A stretch of DNA of 36,973 nucleotides from Pseudoxanthomonas sp. GTDB lineage: Bacteria > Pseudomonadota > Gammaproteobacteria > Xanthomonadales > Xanthomonadaceae. Shown here in pieces: positions 1 to 7,804 of this stretch. A program made the position numbers and the translations under genes. Below the pieces are notes generated by a model. That model worked only from the letters and a program-made list of their open reading frames with translations. It was not told the origin of the DNA and did not search any database. Numbering within the stretch: position 1 is the first letter of the stretch; each line of letters begins with the position of its first letter. The stretch covers positions 1 to 36,973 of the forward strand of contig JBDSUI010000100.1 of assembly GCA_039927795.1 (NCBI GenBank). The letters run 5' to 3'.

Positions 1-1
1 G

Positions 2-1609
2 GCTGCGATCATTGCGCGCCTGGGTATCTGCGCCGATGAGCTGGTCGGCTTCCACATTGCCAAGCGCAGCTACGACGCGCGCAAGCGTGGCGCCATCACG
101 CTGATCTATGCGGTGGACGTGGACACCACGCGCGAGCCGGACGTCCTGGCGCGGCTGCAGGTCGATGCCGAGGCGGTGGATGGCAAGGTCGTTGCAACCC
201 CGGACACCACCTACCAGCCGGTTGCCCGTGCCATGCCGGATCAGTCCCTGCGGCCGCTGGTCATTGGCATGGGGCCCTGCGGCCTGTTTGCGGGATTGAT
301 CCTGGCGCAGATGGGCCTGCGCCCGATCATCCTGGAGCGCGGCAAGAATGTGCGCGAGCGCACCGTCGATACCTTCGGCCTGTGGCGGAAGAAAATCCTC
401 AATCCTGAATCCAACGTGCAGTTTGGCGAAGGCGGCGCCGGCACCTTTTCCGACGGCAAGCTGTACAGCCAGATCAGCGACAAGCGCCATTACGGGCGCA
501 AGGTGCTTAGCGAATTCGTCAAGGCCGGCGCGCCCGAGGAAATCCTCTATGTCAGCAAGCCGCATATTGGTACCTTCCGCCTGGTGACCATGGTGGAAAG
601 CATGCGCGCCGATATCGAGGCGCTGGGCGGCGAGATCCGCTTCTCGCATCGGGTTGACGACGTCATGATTGAAGCCGACTCCGCCGGCAGCCGCCACGTG
701 CGCGGCGTGGTATTGGCCGATGGCAGCACACTGCGTGCCGACCATGTAGTCATGGCCCTGGGCCACAGCGCGCGCGATACCTTTTTCATGCTGCACGAGC
801 GCGGGGTATTCCTCGAAGCCAAGCCGTTCTCGATCGGCTTCCGCATCGAGCATCCGCAATCGCTGATCGACCGCGCCCGCTTCGGTCCGCAGGCCGGACA
901 TCCGCTGCTGGGCGCGGCCGATTACAAACTCGTACACCACTGCCGAAATGGACGTTCGGTGTACAGCTTCTGCATGTGTCCGGGCGGCACCGTGGTCGCC
1001 GCGGCCAGTGAACCCGGGCGCGTGGTCACCAACGGCATGAGCCAGTACTCGCGCAACGAGCGCAATGCCAACGCGGCGATCGTGGTGGGCATCACCCCGC
1101 AGGATTACGTCGAGTTCGATCCGAGTGGCAGCCCGCTGGCCGGCATCGCCCTGCAGCGCCACTGGGAGGAACAGGCCTACCGGCTGGGTGGCGAAAGCTA
1201 CGATGCACCGGGGCAACTGGTTGGTGACTTCCTGCGCCAGCGCGCGTCGACAGCTTTCGGCAGCGTGCAGCCTTCGTACACGCCGGGGGTCACGCTGGGC
1301 GATCTGTCCAGCGCACTGCCGCGCTACGCCATCGACGCCATCCGCGAGGCGCTGCCGGCTTTCGACAAGCAGATCAAGGGTTTCGCCATGGATGACGCCA
1401 TCCTCACCGGGGTGGAGACGCGCACCTCGTCGCCGGTGCGCATGACCCGCGGGGTCGACGGACAAAGCCTCAACACGCGTGGCCTGTTTCCCGCCGGCGA
1501 AGGTGCCGGGTATGCCGGCGGCATCCTCTCGGCAGGCGTCGACGGCATCAGGGCGGCCGAGGCGGTGGCGATGCAGATGATCGCGTCAGGAATGGCGCGC
1601 GCAGCCTGA
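2..1609 (+). CDS. NAD(P)/FAD-dependent oxidoreductase (uncharacterised COG2509-type), 5'-truncated by window edge
   Basis: Frame is open from base 2 (AAIIARLG...KRSYDARK). Rossmann motif VIGMGPCGLFA, family motifs FGEGGAGTFSDGKL, FCMCPGG and GEGAGYAGGI. Stop TGA at 1607-1609. Confidence 0.9.
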   Translation, partial: AAIIARLGICADELVGFHIAKRSYDARKRGAITLIYAVDVDTTREPDVLARLQVDAEAVDGKVVATPDTTYQPVARAMPDQSLRPLVIGMGPCGLFAGLILAQMGLRPIILERGKNVRERTVDTFGLWRKKILNPESNVQFGEGGAGTFSDGKLYSQISDKRHYGRKVLSEFVKAGAPEEILYVSKPHIGTFRLVTMVESMRADIEALGGEIRFSHRVDDVMIEADSAGSRHVRGVVLADGSTLRADHVVMALGHSARDTFFMLHERGVFLEAKPFSIGFRIEHPQSLIDRARFGPQAGHPLLGAADYKLVHHCRNGRSVYSFCMCPGGTVVAAASEPGRVVTNGMSQYSRNERNANAAIVVGITPQDYVEFDPSGSPLAGIALQRHWEEQAYRLGGESYDAPGQLVGDFLRQRASTAFGSVQPSYTPGVTLGDLSSALPRYAIDAIREALPAFDKQIKGFAMDDAILTGVETRTSSPVRMTRGVDGQSLNTRGLFPAGEGAGYAGGILSAGVDGIRAAEAVAMQMIASGMARAA

Positions 1610-1884
1610 CGTGTTCCAGCTCCTGAAAAGAGGAGCGCAAGGCGCTTGGGAAGTCCGGATTGCTTCCTTCTCAGGTGCAAGCGCCAAAGCACGCATCGCC
1701 AAGCTCGCGTTCCCCTCTCCTGCCCCGGCAGTCGATACATGGCCGGGAGCAGATGCGCCGAAGCCGGTCGCAAAATGCCATCCTGTCGCTGTCGCTGCCG
1801 GTGCGAAGTAGGCAGGGCAATCGCTTGTCCCGCTTGGCCATGGCCACAGGCCAGGACATCACCCCAAAGCCGAACCCGCTTCGC

Positions 1885-1890
1885 TATCCT
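1885..1890 (+). promoter_or_regulatory. Putative -10 box (TATCCT) for a leaderless ABC ATPase mRNA
   Basis: TANNNT hexamer ends 6 nt before ATG 1897; no Shine-Dalgarno. Confidence 0.5.
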
Positions 1891-1896
1891 CGGCCC

Positions 1897-2634
1897 ATGT
1901 ACGAACTGCAGCGGGTCAGCAAACACTACGGCGTCACAGTTGCGCTGGACGGGATTGACCTGTCGATCGCAGCCGGGCGCACCACGGCGCTGATCGGGCC
2001 CAGTGGGGCCGGCAAGTCCAGCGTTTTGCGCATGCTGGTCGGCCTGGAGTGGCCGGACAGTGGCGAAGTGCGCTTCGATGGCGCGCCGTTGCGCCGCGAG
2101 ACCCTGCTCGCGCAGCGGCGGCGGATCGGCTACGTGATCCAGGAAGGCGGCTTGTTTCCACACCTGAGCGGTGCCGGCAACGCAGGGTTGCTGGCACGCG
2201 CGCTGGGTTGGGAATCAGCGCGCATCGAGGCGCGGCTGCGGGAACTGGCCGGGCTGTGCCAGCTGCCATTCGATGCGCTGTCGCGCTATCCGGCCGAACT
2301 GTCCGGCGGCCAGCGCCAGCGCGTGGGGCTGATCCGCGCGCTGATGCTTGACCCGGCGGTGCTGTTGCTGGACGAACCACTGGGCGCACTGGATCCAATC
2401 GTGCGCCACGAGCTGCAGACGCAGATGCGCGAGCTGTTCGCGCGCCTCGGCAAGACCGTGGTCCTGGTGACCCACGATGTTGCCGAGGCCGCATACCTGG
2501 GTGACACCCTGGTCTTGCTGCGCGGTGGGCGCGTGCTGCAGGAAGGCAGCGCGCGTGAACTGTTGCAGACGCCGGCGCAACCGTTCGTGCGCGCCTTCAT
2601 GACCGCGCAGCGCAGCGTCGGTGCAAGCGCATGA
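1897..2634 (+). CDS. ABC transporter ATP-binding subunit, osmoprotectant/betaine (OpuCA/OsmV/YehX-like), 245 aa, no CBS domains
   Basis: Walker A GPSGAGKS, IGYVIQEGGLFPH, signature LSGGQRQR, Walker B LLLDEP, switch VTHD. ATG 1897 chosen because the upstream in-frame extension looks non-coding. ATGA overlap with next gene. Confidence 0.92.
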   Translation: MYELQRVSKHYGVTVALDGIDLSIAAGRTTALIGPSGAGKSSVLRMLVGLEWPDSGEVRFDGAPLRRETLLAQRRRIGYVIQEGGLFPHLSGAGNAGLLARALGWESARIEARLRELAGLCQLPFDALSRYPAELSGGQRQRVGLIRALMLDPAVLLLDEPLGALDPIVRHELQTQMRELFARLGKTVVLVTHDVAEAAYLGDTLVLLRGGRVLQEGSARELLQTPAQPFVRAFMTAQRSVGASA

Positions 2635-4121
2635 AGCACGTTGCGTTTGCTTTGCTTGCTGCGCTGGCGCTGGCCTTGGTTTGCCCGGCGCAGGCGGCAC
2701 CGAAACCGGCGGGCGCGGTGGTGATTGGCTCGAAAAACTTCACCGAGGCGGTGATCCTGGGCGAGATCGGCGCGGGCCTGGCGCGGCAGTCCGGCCTCGC
2801 TGTCGAACACCGCCGTCAGCTCGGCGGTACCCGCATCCTTTGGCGTGCGCTGGAAGAAGGTGCCATTGACGCCTACGCCGAATACACCGGCACCCTGGCC
2901 GAAGAGCTGCTGGAGATGCCCGGCGCCGACCGCGCCACGCTAGACACAGCGCTGGCCAAACGCGGCCTGGCCATGACTGCGCCGCTTGGTTTCGACAATA
3001 CCTATGCGCTGGGCATGCGCGAACAGCGCGCCGCGGTTCTGGGTATCTCCCGCCTCTCCGATCTGCGCGCACATCCCGCCTTGAAGATGGGCCTGAGCAA
3101 CGAGTTCATGCAGCGCGCCGATGGCTGGCCGGGCCTGCGTGATGCGTATCGGCTGCCGCAACGACCGGATGGACTGGACCATGACCTGGCCTATCGCGGA
3201 CTGGCCAGTGGCGCTATCGCGCTCACCGACCTGTACAGCACCGACGCGGAGATTCCTTATTACCAGCTGCGGGTGCTGGAAGACGACCTGCATTATTTTC
3301 CTGCCTACGAGGCGGTGTATCTGTATCGGATGGATCTGCAACAGCGCGCGCCGGCCTGGGTGCAGGCATTGCGCGGCATGCAGGGGCGCATCGATGCGGC
3401 CAGCATGCAGAAGCTCAACGCGCAGGTGAAGCTGGAGCACCGCAAGGAATCGGCAGTGGCCGCCGACTGGCTGGGCGTGGTCGCGCCGGACAGGGCCAGC
3501 CGCAGCGCGCGCATCCTGCAGCGCACCGCCGAACACCTGGCGCTGGTCGGTGTGTCGCTGGGGCTGGCGCTGCTGGTCGCGCTGCCGCTGGGAGTGGTCG
3601 CTGCGCGTCATGCACGCACCGGCCAACTGATCCTGTCGCTGACCGGGGTGCTGCAGACGCTGCCGTCGTTGGCGGTGTTCGTCTTCATGATTCCGCTGTT
3701 CGGCATTGGCGCCAAACCCGCGATTGCCGCCTTGTTCCTGTACAGCCTGCTGCCGATCGTGCGAAATACCCATGCAGGGCTGACCGGGATTCCGCTGGAA
3801 CTACGCGAAACCGCGGCGGCCATCGGCTTGCCGCCACGCACGCGGCTGTGGCGCATCGAGCTGCCGCTGGCGCTGGGCACCATCCTGGCCGGCATCAAGA
3901 TTGCCGCGGTGATCAACGTGGGCACCGCAACGCTGGGCGCGCTGATTGGCGCCGGTGGTTACGGCCAGCCGATCCTGGCGGGAATTCGCCTGGACGATAT
4001 CGATCTGATCCTGGAAGGCGCGGTGCCCGCCGCCGTACTGGCGCTGCTGGTGCAGGGCGTGTTCGAACTCATCGAACGGGTGTTGACGCCACGCGGCCTG
4101 CGCCTGGCGGCGCGACGCTGA
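2631..4121 (+). CDS. Fused quaternary-amine ABC substrate-binding protein plus permease (OpuBC/ProX/EgtU-type)
   Basis: N-terminal signal peptide; binding-domain motifs GSKNFTE, EYTGT, NTY, EFMQRADG, YSTD, FPAY. C-terminal multi-TM permease with QTLPSLA and EAA-like loop ETAAAIGL. Confidence 0.9.
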   Translation: MKHVAFALLAALALALVCPAQAAPKPAGAVVIGSKNFTEAVILGEIGAGLARQSGLAVEHRRQLGGTRILWRALEEGAIDAYAEYTGTLAEELLEMPGADRATLDTALAKRGLAMTAPLGFDNTYALGMREQRAAVLGISRLSDLRAHPALKMGLSNEFMQRADGWPGLRDAYRLPQRPDGLDHDLAYRGLASGAIALTDLYSTDAEIPYYQLRVLEDDLHYFPAYEAVYLYRMDLQQRAPAWVQALRGMQGRIDAASMQKLNAQVKLEHRKESAVAADWLGVVAPDRASRSARILQRTAEHLALVGVSLGLALLVALPLGVVAARHARTGQLILSLTGVLQTLPSLAVFVFMIPLFGIGAKPAIAALFLYSLLPIVRNTHAGLTGIPLELRETAAAIGLPPRTRLWRIELPLALGTILAGIKIAAVINVGTATLGALIGAGGYGQPILAGIRLDDIDLILEGAVPAAVLALLVQGVFELIERVLTPRGLRLAARR

Positions 4122-4129
4122 AGTCGCGC

Positions 4130-5326
4130 TCAGGCCTGCACGGCCGCTGCCACGATGCGCGACACACGCGACATGTCATCGCTGCCCACATGCAGGTGCG
4201 GGGCAATGCGCAGCAGGCCAGCACGTCGCGTGCAGATCACGCCTTCGCGCGATAGCGCATTGGCTGCCAGTTCCAGTTGCCGGTCATCGGGCGCACGCAG
4301 CGCGGTGAAATGCGGCGCATGGCCTGGCGTTATCCAGCTGCTCAATCCCTGTGCTTCCAGCGCGTGATCAAGCTGGGTAGTCAGCGCCCCCAGGGAGCGG
4401 GAGATATTGGCGACGCCCCATGCGTGCAACTGGCCCATGGCTGCGGCCGCCATCGCCAGCCGCACCGGATCGGCCACGCCGCCCGCATCAAAACGTCGCG
4501 CACCGCGGCGATACGGTGGTGGGGTATCGATGGGGAATGCCCAGCGGTCACCGGCCGCGCGCGCCTGCCAGTGCTGGTCCAGCGCAACGCCCTGCTCGCG
4601 CCAGCGTGGCGCCGCCCACAGCCAGGCCAGTCCGTGTGGACCCAGCAACCATTTGTGTCCGACTGCGGCAATGAAATCCGGCTGCCAGCGCGCCAGGAGA
4701 ACGGGCAGTGCGCCCAGGCTCTGGCTGAGGTCCAGCACCCAGGCTACTTCTTGTCCGCATGCGCGCTGGGAGATGCGCTCGAGGTCCAGCAGCGCACCGT
4801 CGTGCCAGTGCGCATGCGGCACGGCCACCACGCGCACCTTGGGCGTCGCATCCCAGGCCTGCATCACGGCCTCGGTCCAGTCCTGTCCATGTACCCGACG
4901 TGCGGCGACCACGTGTGCGCCGGTTTCCGTACAACGCTGCTGCCACGGCAGCAGGTTGGAAGGGAACTGTCCGTCCAGCACCAGCACCGCATCGCCCGTG
5001 CCCAGCGGCAGGTTGCGTGCCGCCGTGGCAAGTGCGAACGCGGCCGAGGGCACCATGGCCACGCCATCCACGTCGCCTTCAAACAGCGTATCGGCCGCCA
5101 GCCTGCGCAGGGTTTCGATGCGCGTCTCCCACTCGGCGAACGACAGCGTCCACGGCGCGGTGCCCGCCGCCAGCGCCGCCTGCCCGGCCTCCAGTACCGA
5201 GCGCAGGCGCGGACCGTGCGCGGCGCAATCCAGCGCCAGCGTATCGCCGACAGGCACGAATTTCTCCGCAGCCGCGGCCAGCAGATGTGCGATGGCTGCG
5301 TCGTCAACAGGAACGGTGATAGGCAT
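4130..5326 (-). CDS. Class V PLP-dependent enzyme, probable EgtE-like hercynylcysteine sulfoxide C-S lyase
   Basis: DLSQSLG (PLP Asp/Gln), GHKWLLGPHG (PLP Lys), N-terminal LDCAAHGP, C-terminal LRIAPH. Lacks the NifS/SufS catalytic Cys motifs. Divergent from egtBD. The fold is confident; the EgtE role is inferred from context. Confidence 0.85.
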   Translation of the reverse strand: MPITVPVDDAAIAHLLAAAAEKFVPVGDTLALDCAAHGPRLRSVLEAGQAALAAGTAPWTLSFAEWETRIETLRRLAADTLFEGDVDGVAMVPSAAFALATAARNLPLGTGDAVLVLDGQFPSNLLPWQQRCTETGAHVVAARRVHGQDWTEAVMQAWDATPKVRVVAVPHAHWHDGALLDLERISQRACGQEVAWVLDLSQSLGALPVLLARWQPDFIAAVGHKWLLGPHGLAWLWAAPRWREQGVALDQHWQARAAGDRWAFPIDTPPPYRRGARRFDAGGVADPVRLAMAAAAMGQLHAWGVANISRSLGALTTQLDHALEAQGLSSWITPGHAPHFTALRAPDDRQLELAANALSREGVICTRRAGLLRIAPHLHVGSDDMSRVSRIVAAAVQA

Positions 5327-5331
5327 GGCCT

Positions 5332-5337
5332 ATTTTA
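5332..5337 (-). promoter_or_regulatory. Putative -10 box (TAAAAT) for a leaderless PLP-lyase mRNA
   Basis: Minus strand reads TAAAAT-AGGCC-ATG(5326). Confidence 0.55.
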
Positions 5338-5397
5338 GGGCGCGTTGCAGGCTGAGCGCGCGGGGTCGCGGATAACATCGACTTCACCTTGGCGACC

Positions 5398-5403
5398 TAT
5401 GCT
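5398..5403 (+). promoter_or_regulatory. Putative -10 box (TATGCT) for a leaderless egtBD mRNA
   Basis: TATGCT-GCCTGC-ATG(5410); no SD. Confidence 0.5.
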
Positions 5404-5409
5404 GCCTGC

Positions 5410-6711
5410 ATGCCTGCTTCCCCAGCCCCTGTAGCCGCTGTCGCGGGCAACACATGCAATGTGCACGCGTTGGTGCAACGTTACCGCAGCGTGCGGGCGC
5501 GCAGCGTTGCGCTGGCGGCGCCACTGTCGGCCGAGGACGCCATGGTCCAGAGCATGGACGATGCCAGTCCTTCGAAATGGCATCTGGCGCACACCTCCTG
5601 GTTCTTCGAACGCTTCGTGTTGGCCACGCGCGCCGATTACGTGCCGGTCGACGCGCAATGGGATTTCCTGTTCAACAGCTATTACCAGACCGTGGGCCCG
5701 ATGCATGCGCGTGCGCAGCGCGGATTATTGTCACGGCCCTCGCTGGCCCAGGTGCTGGACTATCGCAGTGAAGTGGATGCGCGCCTGGTACGGCGTCTGC
5801 AAGCCGGCGACATCGACGAAGCCGTCGCGCAGGTGCTGCTGATGGGCACCCATCACGAGCAGCAGCACCAGGAACTGCTGTTGACCGACATCAAGCACGC
5901 GTTCTGGTCCAATCCGCTGCAGCCGGCCTATCGGGATGATCTGCTGTGCCGCCGCGGAGTCCACGAAGCGCCCCTGCGTTGGCAGGCCCGCGACGAAACC
6001 ATCACTGAAATGGGCGCGCCGCCGTGGCCGCAGGCTTCGGAATTTGCCTTCGACAACGAATCACCGCGTCATCGCGCCCTGGTGCCGGCGCATGCGTTGG
6101 CCAGCCGGCCGGTCAGCAATGCGGAGTATCTGGAATTCGTAGCCGATGGCGGTTATGAGAACGTGGTGCTGTGGATGAGCGAGGGTTGGGAGCGCCTGCA
6201 GACGCAGGCACATCGACGCCCGCTGTACTGGCATGCGCAGGAGCCGCGTGAGTTCACCCTGGGTGGGTGGCGCGAACTCGATCCGCATGCGCCGGTGTGC
6301 CACATCAACCAGTTCGAGGCCGATGCGTTCGCACGCTGGGCCGGTGCGCGCCTGCCTACCGAGACCGAATGGGAGCAGGCCGCCGCCGCTGCCGAGGTGA
6401 CCGGCAACTTCGTGGAGAGCGACGCGCTGCACCCGCAGGCGTCGTCCGTCAGTGCCGATACCGGCCTGCAGCAGTTGTTTGGTGATGTCTGGGAATGGAC
6501 TTCCACCGCCTACACGCCGTATCCCGGATTCACACCGTTGCCCGGATCGCTGGGCGAATACAACGGCAAGTTCATGAGCGGGCAGTGCGTGCTGCGCGGC
6601 GGCAGTTGCGCCACCGCCCGCGACCACGTGCGCGCCAGCTACCGCAATTTCTTTGCTCCTCCCGCACGCTGGCAATTTTCAGGCCTGCGCCTGGCCAAGG
6701 ACTCCCTTTGA
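5410..6711 (+). CDS. egtB: Ergothioneine biosynthesis sulfoxide synthase EgtB (DinB_2 + FGE-sulfatase domains), type II-like
   Basis: SPSKWHLAHTSWFFE, FNSYY, iron ligands in HHEQQHQELLLTDIKH, FDNE, RLPTETEWE, GDVWEWT, EYNGKFM, RASYRNFF...RWQFSGLRLA. Confidence 0.95.
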   Translation: MPASPAPVAAVAGNTCNVHALVQRYRSVRARSVALAAPLSAEDAMVQSMDDASPSKWHLAHTSWFFERFVLATRADYVPVDAQWDFLFNSYYQTVGPMHARAQRGLLSRPSLAQVLDYRSEVDARLVRRLQAGDIDEAVAQVLLMGTHHEQQHQELLLTDIKHAFWSNPLQPAYRDDLLCRRGVHEAPLRWQARDETITEMGAPPWPQASEFAFDNESPRHRALVPAHALASRPVSNAEYLEFVADGGYENVVLWMSEGWERLQTQAHRRPLYWHAQEPREFTLGGWRELDPHAPVCHINQFEADAFARWAGARLPTETEWEQAAAAAEVTGNFVESDALHPQASSVSADTGLQQLFGDVWEWTSTAYTPYPGFTPLPGSLGEYNGKFMSGQCVLRGGSCATARDHVRASYRNFFAPPARWQFSGLRLAKDSL

Positions 6712-7670
6712 ATGCCCTGCTGAAGCTGACCGACCTGCAACCTTCGCCCGACGACATCAGTGGCGACGTGCTGGCCGGGCTGTCGCAAACACCGAAACAG
6801 TTGCCCTCAAAGTATTTCTACGACAAGCGCGGTTCGGAACTGTTCGAGGAAATCACCCGTCAGCCGGAGTACTACCTGACCCGCGTGGAGCTGGCGCTGC
6901 TGCAGGAAAGTGCGGCCGAGATATCGGCCGCGGTCGGGCCGCGTGCACACGTGGTCGAGTACGGCAGTGGCAGCGGGCGCAAGACCCGCATCCTGCTCGA
7001 CGCGCTGCAAGATCCGGTGGCCTATACGCCCATCGAGATCTCGCGCAGCGCGCTGATGGCCAGCGTCGAGCGACTGGACCGTGAGTTCGACGATGTCGAG
7101 GTGCTACCGGTCTGCGCTGATTTCACCCAACCCATCGCCATCCCCGAACCCGAACGCCAAGCCGAGCATGCGCTGGTGTTCTTCCCCGGGTCGACCCTGG
7201 GAAATTTCGGTGAAGAAGAGGCCTTGCGCCTGCTGCGCGCGATGCGTCAGACCATGGGCGATCGCGGCGGCGCGCTGATCGGCATCGACCTGCAGAAGTC
7301 GACCGACATGCTCGAGGCCGCGTACAACGACGCCGCCGGGGTCACCAGCGCCTTCACCTTGAATCTGCTGGTGCGGCTGAATCGCGACGTCAACAGCGAT
7401 TTCGATGTTGCAGCGTTCGAGCACCGCGCCGGCTATTCGTCCGAGCGCGGTCGCATCGAGACGTTCCTGGTCAGCCGGCGCGCGCAGACGGTCACCGTCG
7501 ACGGCCGGCGCTTCGAATTCGCCGCCGGCGAAGCCATGCAGGTCGAATACAGCCACAAATACACTGATGCCGGGTTTGGCGCGCTGGCAGCCAAGGCCGG
7601 GCTGAAGGTCGTGTGTCGCTGGAATGACGCCAATGACTGGTTCGGCCTGCGCCTGCTTCAACGCGCCTGA
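6708..7670 (+). CDS. egtD: L-histidine N-alpha-trimethyltransferase EgtD (Methyltransf_33), 320 aa
   Basis: TTG start overlaps the egtB stop (TTGA) with AAGGA upstream. Motifs KYFYD, EYYLTRVE, EYGSGSGRKT, FFPGSTLGNF, AYND, EYSHKY. Confidence 0.93.
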   Translation: MNALLKLTDLQPSPDDISGDVLAGLSQTPKQLPSKYFYDKRGSELFEEITRQPEYYLTRVELALLQESAAEISAAVGPRAHVVEYGSGSGRKTRILLDALQDPVAYTPIEISRSALMASVERLDREFDDVEVLPVCADFTQPIAIPEPERQAEHALVFFPGSTLGNFGEEEALRLLRAMRQTMGDRGGALIGIDLQKSTDMLEAAYNDAAGVTSAFTLNLLVRLNRDVNSDFDVAAFEHRAGYSSERGRIETFLVSRRAQTVTVDGRRFEFAAGEAMQVEYSHKYTDAGFGALAAKAGLKVVCRWNDANDWFGLRLLQRA

Positions 7671-7804
7671 TCGGCGCGCAGCGCTGGGCAACGACGCGCG
7701 GAAATCGGCAGCTTGGCCATCACCCAACCTGCAAGCGCTGCACGGCAATCGGGCAGCGGGCACAATCGCATGCCCACCGCCCATCCGCCACGGAGCAACA
7801 GGTC

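Noticed and set aside
1612-1700. SAH or glycine riboswitch (GAGGAGCG..., TCTCAGG)
   Set aside because: Only isolated words match; the other conserved elements (CCAGGCTC, CCGAAG) are absent, and the downstream gene appears leaderless.
6495-6707. Longer egtD start overlapping egtB, or an egtB-egtD frameshift fusion
   Set aside because: A TTGA coupled start with an RBS gives a normal-length 320-aa EgtD, and egtB ends at its usual RLAKD terminus.
5410-6711. Selenoneine (SenA) or ovothiol (OvoA) synthase instead of EgtB
   Set aside because: No SenB glycosyltransferase or SelD/SenC nearby, no C-terminal methyltransferase domain as in OvoA, and the motifs fit type II EgtB.
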